Shown here piece by piece: positions 25,648 to 36,508 of a stretch of DNA of 64,000 nucleotides; position 1 is the first letter of the stretch, and each line of letters begins with the position of its first letter. The notes beneath the pieces are model-generated. The model saw nothing but the letters and a program-made list of their open reading frames with translations, did no database searches and had not been told where the DNA came from. The translations under genes were made by a program, and so were the position numbers. The DNA lies in the NCBI GenBank assembly GCA_976551045.1, contig CDPCPM010000010.1, positions 8,742,001 to 8,806,000 on the forward strand. The letters run 5' to 3'. The DNA comes from Glaucostegus cemiculus (lineage: Eukaryota).

Positions 25648-26805
25648 TGAATTTTCCAATTTCAACTGAATTGCTCTCATTATTTCCCATTATCATGCTG
25701 ATGCCCCTTTCTCAATCTATTTCTTTAAAATATCTTGCTAAGAATCAACATTCATGCTCCTTTTCATCTCATCTGCCTGAACCTATCTCCAAAGTGTCTT
25801 TTGCCTTGCACCACACTCCTCCCAGCTCTGTTTTGAAAACTGTAGACTCTCCACCCTTCCCTCAGTCCTGAGGAAGAGTCACTGACCCGAAACTTTAAAT
25901 GGTTTCCTTTTTCTTTTCCACAGGTGCTACTTGACTGTCTGAGTTCTTCCAGCATTTCTGTTTTTGTATCAACAGTTAGTAAGTTAAATCGTCTCCAAGT
26001 AATTGATAGTCCCTTTAAATAATATTGTGTTTATGTGTGTGCGCGCTTGCGTCTGCCTGGCTAGGTCGGGTGGGGGAAGCGATTTTACCTACTGTTGATT
26101 TCCAGAGATACTGGGTTAAGAGTTACACTTTAGCTGAGCAGATATTTAATTACTGCTGCTTGTGAAAGGATGTAATGATCAGGGGCACATGGTAATACTC
26201 GTATCCATATGGCGGTCGGCATGAATAACACATTGTTCAAATGTTCATTATACTTATTCAAGTCAAATCAATGTTTTTAGTATCCAGAGGGTGCGATGAA
26301 ACCAAATTTTGCATTCAAAAATAAATAGTTCAGATTTAGCATTGTTGCTGTTTAAACTCTTGCCCCTGGGCTTTTTAAAGACTCCTGTGTAAACGCTCTT
26401 GCAAATTCCTGATATTTTGCCTAGATTTTATGTTTGCTAAATTCAAAAGATTATAAGAGACTTTGAAAATACTTATAATCAACGAGAAAAATAATACTAT
26501 TGCAATTTAAAAAAAATAGATTTAAGTGTACAATCCTTTAAGTTTATTCTCCTCAGCAACTCTATGCGTGCAATCTCATATTCTCTCTGACAGACTCCAA
26601 AAACTCCACTTTCGGACTAAGATTTTTATCAAGGTGTAAAAGTAAGGCTTCTGATGACTTACTGTCATTTAATTAGAGGGCAGTTTGAGGATTGTATTGT
26701 CCTTCTCAAAAGGCAAATCTGGTTGGAGCAAGATCTCTAACAAGTGGTTAATTACCTCCTTAAAAGTGGGATTGATGAGCTAATTTGGAGGCTTTACACT
26801 TCAGT

Positions 26806-26823
26806 ATGGCGGTAGCACAGCCG
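26806..26823 (+). CDS. EIF4E1B: eIF4E1B coding exon 1: MAVAQP
   Basis: ATGGCGGTAGCACAGCCG|gtaagt; 18 coding nt, like the MATVEP first exon of eIF4E1; strong donor; phase 0 fits the next exon. Confidence 0.8.
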
Positions 26824-27540
26824 GTAAGTGAGTTTGCATTGTCCTCCGGGGGGGAGGGTTTGTCGGAGTTTGGTCGGTGAGTGGAGGCTGAAAACAAGCG
26901 GTAAACTTTACAGGGGGCAGGGGGGAAACATCCGAGAAAGTGGCAATTGATTTCCTTCACTCACTTTATTGGAAGCTGGAGAAACGCTCAAGGAACGATT
27001 GGATAAGTAGTTCTCGAACGAAGAATGTAACTTCCTAAGTTTTCGATGCTATTTCTTCGTTGTCTTTCATACCGAGAAATAGTTTCTCATTGAGTGTATG
27101 TGGTTGGGTGAGGGAGTTGCCTTTTTCCCATTTATCTTTCATTAAAATTATTCTGTCCTGTGGCTGACTAAGGACTGGACATCTGTGTGCAAACTTGTGG
27201 TGTAAACTAGTTGGAAATGCGTTTAATTTTAGCATAAAATCGGCCTAATCAAATCTGTTAGAGGAATGTTGCAATCACAAAGCGAGAAACTTTCCTTTCT
27301 TAGAAAGGACTGATGGCATGGATATTGCAAGGTAGCAGTGTCATACCGTTTGAGGGGAAAACAAACCCTATTTTTTATATCCAATACATGCAGTTTTTCT
27401 TAAAGCAGCTGAATATGGTTTCCGGACAAAATGCGACCTTGTTTGAATTCCTGAACTGAAGAAAGCGTTTCTAATAAAGCAAGCATTTAAATAATTTGCA
27501 TGTTTAGGGGAAGTAAAGTAGGCCAGATTAATTTTGATGT

Positions 27541-28070
27541 AATCAGTCAGAATCAGTTTTATTGTCACAACCGTATACATACATAGTATGCATAGGAGCG
27601 AGATACCGTCCTCCTCAGGTGCTCGTCCCATTAAATAACAAACAGCAGAGACGCACAGACACACTGAACAAAAAAAACATTAAAACTACAGAAGTTTAAA
27701 TTAAATTAAATACGGCAGGTTAAATTAAATACAGCCGGTAATTAAATAAATAGTTATTAAAGTGAATGGGCTGGTGGCGGGCATTTAAAGTGCTGGTGCA
27801 TTTCTGTGCACCTAGCATCTCTTGGTGTTAACAAGGAAGATGGAGGAATGAGAGAATTCACAGTTCTGATGGCTTGCGGGAAGAAGCTATTGCTCAGCCT
27901 GGTCGTTCTCGCCCTGATACATTTGAGCCTCCTCCCAGATGGCAAAATTGTAAAGAGATGATGGGAGGGGTGAGAAGGATCTGCCATTATATTTTTGGTC
28001 TTCCTAACACAACAGTCCTTGTATATGTCTGTGATGGATGGAAGAGAGACACCTATGATCCTCTCTGCAG
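27541..28070 (-). mobile_element. Rex1/Babar-like LINE 3' fragment in the intron after EIF4E1B coding exon 1
   Basis: ORF 27757-27987 HPSHHLFTILPSGRR..RARTTRLSNSFFPQAIR; same family as 787-1185. Confidence 0.82.
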
Positions 28071-29409
28071 AGGATCTAGATATGGATGATGTGAAATATA
28101 AGTCAGCATAATGTGTAAATCAGTTGCAATAAAATATCTCCCAGCTATATCTCAAATATTCAGATTCAGTTTTATTGTCCCTTCCATACATACATTAAAC
28201 ATGCGTGGAGGTGAAATACTGTCCTAACTCTGTTTTTAATTTAATGGATATGGGTGTTACTGGCCCTAATTATGCTTTAAGGTGATGAGTTTCTTTCTGG
28301 TGAAAGTACACCTATAGTGATGGTCGATTAGCATTTATACACTGAAAGAAAGACAGTGGTTTGAGATGGGGTGGTGTGTGACTTGTAAAGGAAACTGATT
28401 ATTTTCCCACCTACCTACTGCCTTGTCCTCCTCCACTGTTTGGAAATGGAGTAGCTTTGATGAATAACTGCATTAAACTTTGTCAATGGAGTATGTAGAA
28501 GTAGGCTAGGCGGGAATGTAAATAAGGTTGATGTGTATCATGCAGGTTGTCTTAGACTACCTCAAAATGGTTTAGAGTTGCACACATCTGGGTAGATGGA
28601 GAATTGACTTGTGCCTTTTTAGATGGTGGAAGGACTTTGGGCATCTTGTGGCAAGTCACTCACCAGTTTCCAACCTGTCCTTGCAACTGCTGTATTTGTC
28701 CTTTATTTTTCCTTTTATTCATGATCTTATTCAATTTCTAACCAATGATACCCCCCTTCCCTATCCCCAGGATTCTGGAGATGGAGGTTTTTTTATGTTA
28801 ATGTCACTAAATGACAGGACTAATGGTCAGGCTCTCTTGATGATGATGGTCTTTGTCAGATAATTCTGTGGTACAAAAGTTATTTGCCATTTATTTCATA
28901 TTCCTGGATTTTGACTGTTTTACTGCATGCGCTGTGGAGCTACTCTCCTTGGCTTCAAATATGCCAGGAGAATAACTTCTCTACATTCAATTCTGCATCC
29001 CTTTTAATGATTTGTACCCTCTTTTAGGGCTGATCTGTCACTCTAGCCTTCTACTTTCAAACTCCCTAAAAGTGAGTTTTAAAGGAAGTGCACATCATCT
29101 CCTTATCTCCCGCTACCCCCCATACCCCCCCCAAATTCCTCAACCAGCTTGTCGATTGTCTTTTTAAATGGTTGTATGTTTTTTGTCTGTGGAGGATGCT
29201 GTTGAAAAAAATTTTATTTAAAAAAAAAAATTATTTCCTAAGAATATGGAGTTGGGCCACCAGCTTGAACAGTGACCGTTCTTGCTCTGCAGTTCTTTAC
29301 CCTATTTGTTTAGTAAGACATTGCAGCATTTTGGTTTAACAATATTTTGGCAGAAAATTCTCAGTCTTGCTGATATGAAATTGTATTATAAATATACTTT
29401 TTTCTAAAG

Positions 29410-29504
29410 GTTCGTATGACACTTCGGAAGTCTGAGAAAACGAAGTCCCCTAGGAAAGAGTATCTGATTGTTCAACCTCGTATGAAACATCCTTTACAGA
29501 ACAG
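29410..29504 (+). CDS. EIF4E1B: eIF4E1B coding exon 2: VRMTLRKSEKTKSPRKEYLIVQPRMKHPLQN(R)
   Basis: tttttctaaag| acceptor, HPLQNR motif, AG|gtatt donor; basic N-terminus typical of eIF4E1B. Confidence 0.9.
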
Positions 29505-29754
29505 GTATTGTTTTTACAATTGTGATTGTGCTAATTTTTGTTTAATCAATGGAAGGAAAACAAGTATATCTAATTGTTCAAAGTATCAAGGGATATAGAG
29601 ATAAGGCGGGAATTTGGAGTTAGAATAGTTTTTTTTCCTCATTCTTTTTCATCCTTTTTCCCCCTTTTTCTCCCCACCCTCACTTCCCTTTGGAGCAGAC
29701 TCGATGGGCCGAGTGGCCTGCTTCTGCTCCATTATCTTGTGATCTTGTGATAAG

Positions 29755-29905
29755 TATACACAAGAGACTGCAGATGCTGAAATCTGGAGTAAATTCAGTC
29801 CAGATGAAGGGTCCCAACCCAAAATGTCCACTTCTCTCCTTGGATACTGCCTAACCTGCTGAGTTCTTCCAGTAGCTCTTTTATATTTGTTACTTGATAT
29901 TTGCA
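29755..29905. mobile_element. Penelope-derived short inverted fragments
   Basis: actgcagatgctgaaatctgg followed by the opposite-orientation cagtccagatgaagggtcc...ctgctgagttcttccag. Confidence 0.6.
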
Positions 29906-30852
29906 ACTTTTATTTTCAAATAAAAGCTTTACAATTGTTTGTTTCACTTTTGAAATATGGACAATTACTGGGTAAAGTTCCATAACTGCAAGCCAGATAT
30001 TGCCTTCAAATGTAAACTCAGATTAAAATATTATCCATTTGATTCCATAGTACAATATCTCCGTGGCAGATCTACACATTTTCTGGCATAGATCCCCTGT
30101 TAACTGAGAACATTTTGCATGATTTTTGTTTCTTATTGATGCTCCCTAGCACTCTTAATCTGTGCAGTTATTTTCATTTATTTTGAGCATCTTTAACTAT
30201 TGTTTTTTTAAATCAAGCTATCGTGATAACTGGGTGCACAGAAACGGTCATTAGAATGATCTTCTCCATGGTCACTCTACCCTGCCGTATGAAGAACTAT
30301 ATTCCTAGATGTAGCTATACTTACACAAGCAAAAACTGCTGCTCCAGTAGTTTCTCTAGAAATTTGACAATACACCTGATTCTTGAATAGTGAATACCTG
30401 TCATTCTGGGCTGCTGACAGATAAAATGCATGCATTGAATTTTGAGGAAGAAGTCCTCTGGGTTAAATTTTCTTGCCTTTGATACAAGATGTTAAGATCC
30501 TGATTCTGCCACAAAGCAAAAACCTCATTGATTTAGGGGGGATCTGTGGACAGGTTTTTCTCTCTAAACAGATGCTGTGAATTTACTGAGTGTTTTCTTG
30601 CAGATTTTTTTAAGAGCTTGATTTTGCTTATTTTGTGATTGATCCAACACCTGTCCATTTAAGGTAACTTTTTGTCCATGGTATTTCCTATTCTTATGAT
30701 ATAGGAATGGAGATAGTGTTTGTGGTACTGCAAAACTGTAACTTTTGTTTGCAACTGACTATTAATGGTTTAACAAAATGAGTTCAGAAGCATTAACCAG
30801 TTGATTGGAGTTCTCACTCTCTGCATATTTTGTATTCTTGTTCCAAATACAG

Positions 30853-30948
30853 GTGGACGCTCTGGTTTTTCAAAAATGATAAAAGTAAACCTTGGCAGGC
30901 AAATCTTCGTCTTGTTACTAAATTTGACACTGTGGAGGATTTTTGGGC
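30853..30948 (+). CDS. EIF4E1B: eIF4E1B coding exon 3: WTLWFFKNDKSKPWQANLRLVTKFDTVEDFWA
   Basis: 96 nt, AG/GT boundaries; W43/W46/W56/W73 equivalents and the TVEDFW motif. Confidence 0.97.
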
Positions 30949-32270
30949 GTATGTATTAAAGTTTTAAATAGAACAATGTTCACAAAGTGGAAAATGTTTA
31001 AATTGTTATATTTTTGATATTCTGCTGGTACTCAGGCTCAGGTATGGAGATGAAATTTAAGTTGGCTATGAATAGTGAATTAAAGCAGCTTATCATCTTG
31101 AGTAATATTATAGTGCCTAATGAGACTAAACAATGAATTCTTTTCTCCCTGAAGGCCTAAACCAAAGGGTGGGGAGGATGCAGGGATGGGTGGATTTGTT
31201 AGGAGATATGTTGAGAGAAATGTGTGTCTTAGTACTTGCCTGATTGCCTGCGGGGACACACATGCAATTACAACAATCACCTACTCCATCTGTGAAATTC
31301 CTTATTAGCTTGCTTATAACGAAGATTGCCAATATCAAAATTAAGTTGATTTGGGTTGATTTGAAGTTGAGTTGTTTGTTAGTGTTCTCAAAGACTAGGA
31401 CTAACATTTGACAATGGGATATTGGATTAGATACAGTATATAAATCTCTTGCTCCATTTCAAGTACAGTATCAAGCTTTTAGTACAAGGAAAACACATCT
31501 TGGAAATTGCTTTGTACTTTTCAGAACATAATAACTAATTGTACATTTGTTTCCCTGCTTGCTTGGTGTAGTCATACCTTTCAAACAATAAATAAATATT
31601 CTTTAAAGAGGGCTTTGATTTGTTTCTATTAAGGAAATGCCTTGTAATCCTTAAGAAATTGCTGTGGGGGGGAAAAGGGTCTACTGAATATTGGTTTGTT
31701 GTGCAGAACAAAGGAACTAGTTGCATTTAGTGTCAGATCTCCATAATTGTGTTTTCTGGAATGTACGTGTTGTTCTTTTGTTGATAAACTGACCTTTCTA
31801 ACACTTGTCTGGTAAATCTGTGGTGACGCAAATTATTTCTAACTATATTGCCAATGAGATCTGTAAATTTCAGGATCCCAGTCAATGAGCAGATCTGGTT
31901 TGAACTTTTTTCTTGTGATTATCTTTGGTGTCAATTATCCTCTGCATTTTAACAATGATTATCTGTACCCCTTGCAATGTAATGCTTTAATTTTCTGTTT
32001 CCTGTCATCCATTCATATTGTATATTTTCTACACTTAATCTTTGCTCAGATTATTGAAATTCTGCAACCTTGCTCAAGTAATGGCTTTGTTTGAGGCACA
32101 TGGTTCACTCGGTAAGGACAAACTACGGTGGTCCTGACAGTACTTTGCTACTTTATCTGTATTTGATTATGTTTGTCTTTACATTCAGTCTTGAGGTAAA
32201 TGTTCAAATAGGGTTTAAGTTTTGTATTTGATTCCTCCCTTTCTCTTACTTTTTCCATTTGTTTCAATAG

Positions 32271-32334
32271 ATTATACAACCATATTCAACTTGCCAGTAG
32301 GCTGATGTCAGGTTGTGACTACTCTCTCTTTAAG
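32271..32334 (+). CDS. EIF4E1B: eIF4E1B coding exon 4: LYNHIQLASRLMSGCDYSLFK
   Basis: 64 nt, long polypyrimidine acceptor, AAG|gtttgt donor, conserved eIF4E1 sequence. Confidence 0.97.
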
Positions 32335-33164
32335 GTTTGTAAACTTTGATATTGCTTATGCAAAGCTTAATCCTGATTCCAAAGGGAAATGCATGGACTT
32401 GTGTAAATTATGCATTGTTCTATACCATAGTTACGTAAAGAATGTAAAGTGCACCACAGGGAAATGAGTGTCTGTAGAAAGGAACTTTACAAACTATTCC
32501 ACTCTGCCTGAACTACTTGTCTACACAAGTAAAGAAACTTCACCCAACGTTCCATTGTCCATATTAGAATTTTACATTAACTTTGATCTTTTTGTTTTGG
32601 ACAAAAACACTTCCTTCTATTGTAAAATCTCCCCCTCCTCTTCCACCCCCCCCCCCAAAAGAATTTTTATTGAATTAGTGAACATTCCTGGAGAGTGAGT
32701 CCAATTAGTACACTACTAGAGGAAATGTAGCATGTAATTGTAGAATAAACTCTGGTAATATCAGGTGCCTTCAATAGATTACTACTGCTTGTTTGAAAAT
32801 TCCCTTGAACAGTCTTGATTCCTTGCTTCATCTCCTTTGTAAGAATGTCATCTTGCTCTAAGGTAGCCAATTTCACTGCTGAAATTGCAGACATTTTGAA
32901 TTTATTGTCCAGAGGCTTGCAGTTGCATAGTCACAGCAGTGTAAGAATTAAACTTGAAATGTGCACACTTACAACAAACTCATAAGTGGGAGAGAACTTT
33001 CATGACTATGAAAGTAAGTCTATTTTAGCTTAAAATCAACATCTGAATTTTCATTAGGAAGAGGGTTTGAGGAAATATGCACAATTCAAGAGATTTCAAG
33101 ATCTGAATCTTTGAATTGGCTATATTTAAGTTTTTAGTTAACTTTTTATTTTTGTGCTCTGTAG

Positions 33165-33278
33165 GATGGCATTGAACCCATGTGGGAGGACAGCAGAAAC
33201 AAATGTGGTGGAAGATGGTTGATCACTTTGTCAAAGCAGCAAAGGATGCTGGAGCTAGATCAGTTCTGGCTTGAAACA
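33165..33278 (+). CDS. EIF4E1B: eIF4E1B coding exon 5: DGIEPMWEDSRNKCGGRWLITLSKQQRMLELDQFWLET
   Basis: 114 nt; cap-binding W102/E103; WEDSR (eIF4E1A has WEDEK) is an eIF4E1B signature. Confidence 0.97.
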
Positions 33279-33544
33279 GTGAGTTAAACCTACATCTTAA
33301 CATATTTTTGGGTAGTGTACCTCCAAGTGACTTTATTTCCCTTCAAACACTTTTTGTCTTCTCTGTAGTCTTTCTTAAAAGGGGAAAAAATGGCAGTATC
33401 CCTTTTTAAATTCTATTTATTTTTCTCTTGTGTCATGCTATAGGGTGATATATCTATACCTGAAACACTTGTGGAAAATTCTTAAGTAGAGCTACCTCTT
33501 GTGATGGTTTAGTACAGTTGTAATTTGTGTAAAGAGCCTTTTAG

Positions 33545-33910
33545 TGTTAGAACTTTGCTACCTCCAAGTTGGAAGGTTGTCGTTTTAAACTGTGCTCCAG
33601 GGACTCAAACAGAAAAGTCTTGACCCTTGGTGAGTGCCATATTGAAGGAGTTCAGGACTGTTCTTGGTGCAGCCTGTCTGAGACCAAAGTCTCTTCTTTC
33701 CTACTATGGATGTCAGATCCATAGTAGTATTTCAAAAAGCAGGAGTGTTATTCCCAGCCACTTTGTCTGATATTGATCCATTTCAGCCTGGGTTCTCTGA
33801 TCACAATTGTATTGCTGTTTTGTGGGGGAATTGCTATGGACAAACTAGTTATGTTCCATACCAATAGTCCTGTTTAATTAGTGCTTTGATATTCTAAGTC
33901 CATGTGAACC
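33545..33910 (+). mobile_element. Ancient Deu-domain SINE (SacSINE1/AmnSINE-like)
   Basis: Diverged match, from memory, to the Deu core (ggatgt..gatcc..tattt..aagagcagg.gagt; attgctgtttgtggga..ttgct). Confidence 0.55.
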
Positions 33911-34096
33911 TCTGAAATCCTAATTGTTTTTTAATCAACACTGTTGTTGGACTGAACCAAAATTTAAGTCATGTTCAATCGTAAAGAGATGCTGTAATTC
34001 AATGAGATGGTTGAGCACACAATCCTCCTTTCAACCACTTTCTTTTTAAACTGCAAATAGCTTCTATCATTTCTTTTGTATTTAATATTTTGTTAG

Positions 34097-34236
34097 TTGT
34101 TGTGCCTTATTGGAGAAGCTTTTGATGAATATAGCAATGATGTTTGTGGTGCTGTAATTAACGTGCGAGCAAAAGGAGATAAAATCGCAATCTGGACCCG
34201 TGACACTGAAAACCAAGAGGCAGTTTTGCATATAGG
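34097..34236 (+). CDS. EIF4E1B: eIF4E1B coding exon 6: LLCLIGEAFDEYSNDVCGAVINVRAKGDKIAIWTRDTENQEAVLHI(G)
   Basis: 140 nt, ttag|...GG|gtaagt; R157/K162/W166 equivalents present. Confidence 0.97.
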
Positions 34237-35865
34237 GTAAGTTGATGTTTTTGCATGGTTCTAATTGCATCAGTTTTTCAACCGTTTGTCTCTTCAGTTC
34301 AGATTGTCTGTTTAGGTCTTTTCCTATGTTGTCAATTTCATCATGCAATGTTATAATTTGAGTTGTCTCAAAATTTAATAGATTCTGCTTGAAGATGCAG
34401 CATGTAGCCCTTTTATTTCCCTCACCTGCTGTGAGGTAGTATAAAGTGCTTGAATTGGCTTCATTTTGGATAGCTTAATATTGATTCTTGCTAGGAAAAC
34501 ATTGTCAAATCAGGAGTGAATTAAACTTGTAATACATGATGCAAAAAGTGTTAAATGTTCTGATAAAGGGGCACAGACCTAAATTCTCTTTCCTCCAGAT
34601 GCTGCCTGACTTGCTGAGATTTTAAGTTCTTATTTCAGATTTCAAGCATCTGCAGTGTTTTTTGATTTCCGTTTGTGATAAGTGAGCCTTGATGCAAACC
34701 AGTTTAGTGAGGGCAAAGTTCAGAATCCATTTTGTTATCACCTTTTTAATGGCTGCAAAAGGTGTTCAATGTACAGAACCCTTTTTTGATCTGTTTTCTG
34801 TATTTTTAATTATGCATTTTTAAATACAAAAATTTGTTCAGGCATCAATAAATGTCACAAACAATTACTTCATTCAACATCTGCTCTTTCATGCCAATTT
34901 GTAATTTCTTGTCAGCCAGAATATCAGAATTAAATGGTCTCTTACCATCTCTCTTGATGATCCTTCAACTTTTCTTTCAAATGCCATGTTCAATATTTAG
35001 CCCAATTCCTTTCTCTTGTCTTTCCATTTGACTTCTGAAGAATTTATTATTCTATATTCAAGGAAATGAGAGAGATTACAACTTGCCAGTATCTTTTGAA
35101 AAACAGCTGATTGTTTTCCACTCTGTCATGGAAAGATTTCTTGTTTAATAGCTGAAGGACAAACCTCTTCAGTTCTTTAAAGAGCAAAAAAATTGCTAGT
35201 AACTTCCATTTTTCCCTGTGGTGTGATCTGAATTTGTATGCCTACAACTGAATGTGATAAATACTGTAGTAAAACACAAACAATGCACAACCATCTGTCT
35301 TCCACCATTCTCCTATGTAGTCATAAGTATTGATCATTTTTAAAATTGACAATAAAACATTACTCTAATTACCCATATATATTTCAAGGACCACTTAAGG
35401 CTGATTCTAACACTAACATAGCAAATACAGAAGAGTCTGGAAACTGAGGTTTGTTCTAAACCAACCTCAGTGGCAATGCAGGAAAAACTTAATCTTTGGC
35501 CTATGACCCAAATTTTTTCATTTGTGTAACATTTTTTAATATGCCAAATCATCCCAAGGTGCTACATGAGCATTGACAGCAACATTTTCACTAAGTCACA
35601 TGACATGTGAAGTTGGGTGACTAAAAGCTGGATCAAAGATGACAGTAATAGGTTGTGAAATTCCATAACTTGGTGCCAAGGTGGTTGAAAGCATGACTGT
35701 CAATAGCAAAGCAACTTTTTCAAAGATGTTTAATTGGCTGACTATTTAGATGCATTTTCAATATGAATAAATTGCACACTCCTACGATGTTTCAAATGGA
35801 TTATTATAAAACATTGAATGTACCAAGTTTGTTTTAAAATTTAACTTTTATTTTCTCTTGCACAG

Positions 35866-35980
35866 AAAAGTCTACAAGGAAAGACTTGGTCTTCCTGTTA
35901 AGGTTGTGATTGGTTATCAAGCACATGCAGATACAGCAACAAAGAGTGGAGTGGGAGTTAAAAATAAATTCATTGTGTAA
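35866..35980 (+). CDS. EIF4E1B: eIF4E1B last coding exon: KVYKERLGLPVKVVIGYQAHADTATKSGVGVKNKFIV*
   Basis: 115 nt ending TAA; YQAH (eIF4E1A has YQSH) is 1B-type. The seven exons sum to 642 nt = 213 aa + stop with no frameshift. Confidence 0.97.
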
Positions 35981-36415
35981 AGACTTTTGTTTTGAATTGT
36001 GAAACTATAAAGTTGTACAAATGAATTTTGGGAACACTTAAATCAGCATCAGACTTGTGCAGATTTTCCTAAATGTTCTTAAAACCAAGGTTGTTGCAAT
36101 TTCTTGCTTTAACATTGAATTCAAGTGTATGGCTTTTACTTGTGTCGTCATTTGGACAAAACAGGAATGATATTAAAGACATGGGATTTTGAACTTTCTT
36201 CCAAGTATACTTGATGTTAGACCAATAGGCAGACACATTGTACTCTTGGAGAAAATGAGTTGCCTGTAAATCATGTTTCCAGTCATAGTTATGTAATTAT
36301 ATTTGATTTACAGTTTCTGCTATTCCTCTAAAGGTAATGGGAAAATGATCTTTGTGTTCTAGCATAACATGCATGCCAATGACTTGTTCATGCATGTGTT
36401 TTTCTTATAATTAAG

Positions 36416-36508
36416 AATAAATTACAACATAGTTTTGAATCATTGACAATGTATAGTATCTAAATTTGGCTTTCATTTTAAAGATGTAAACATTTGTGTT
36501 GAAATAAA
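36416..36508 (+). terminator. Candidate polyadenylation signals of EIF4E1B
   Basis: AATAAA at 36416-36421 and 36503-36508, followed by T-rich sequence; repeat-derived DNA begins about 36545. Confidence 0.6.

Larger units (their letters stand above)
22060..25965. mobile_element. Old Penelope-like element pair in inverted orientation (- arm 22060-22301 plus 23341-24070; + arm 24075-24440 plus 25650-25965)
   Basis: GIY-YIG remnant (LVYCIR...GETKRNLG...EHL) and RVPLVLTFH on -; RT CIDDY on +. 25650-25960 is an inverted diverged copy of 22060-22300/23345-23430. Confidence 0.75.
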
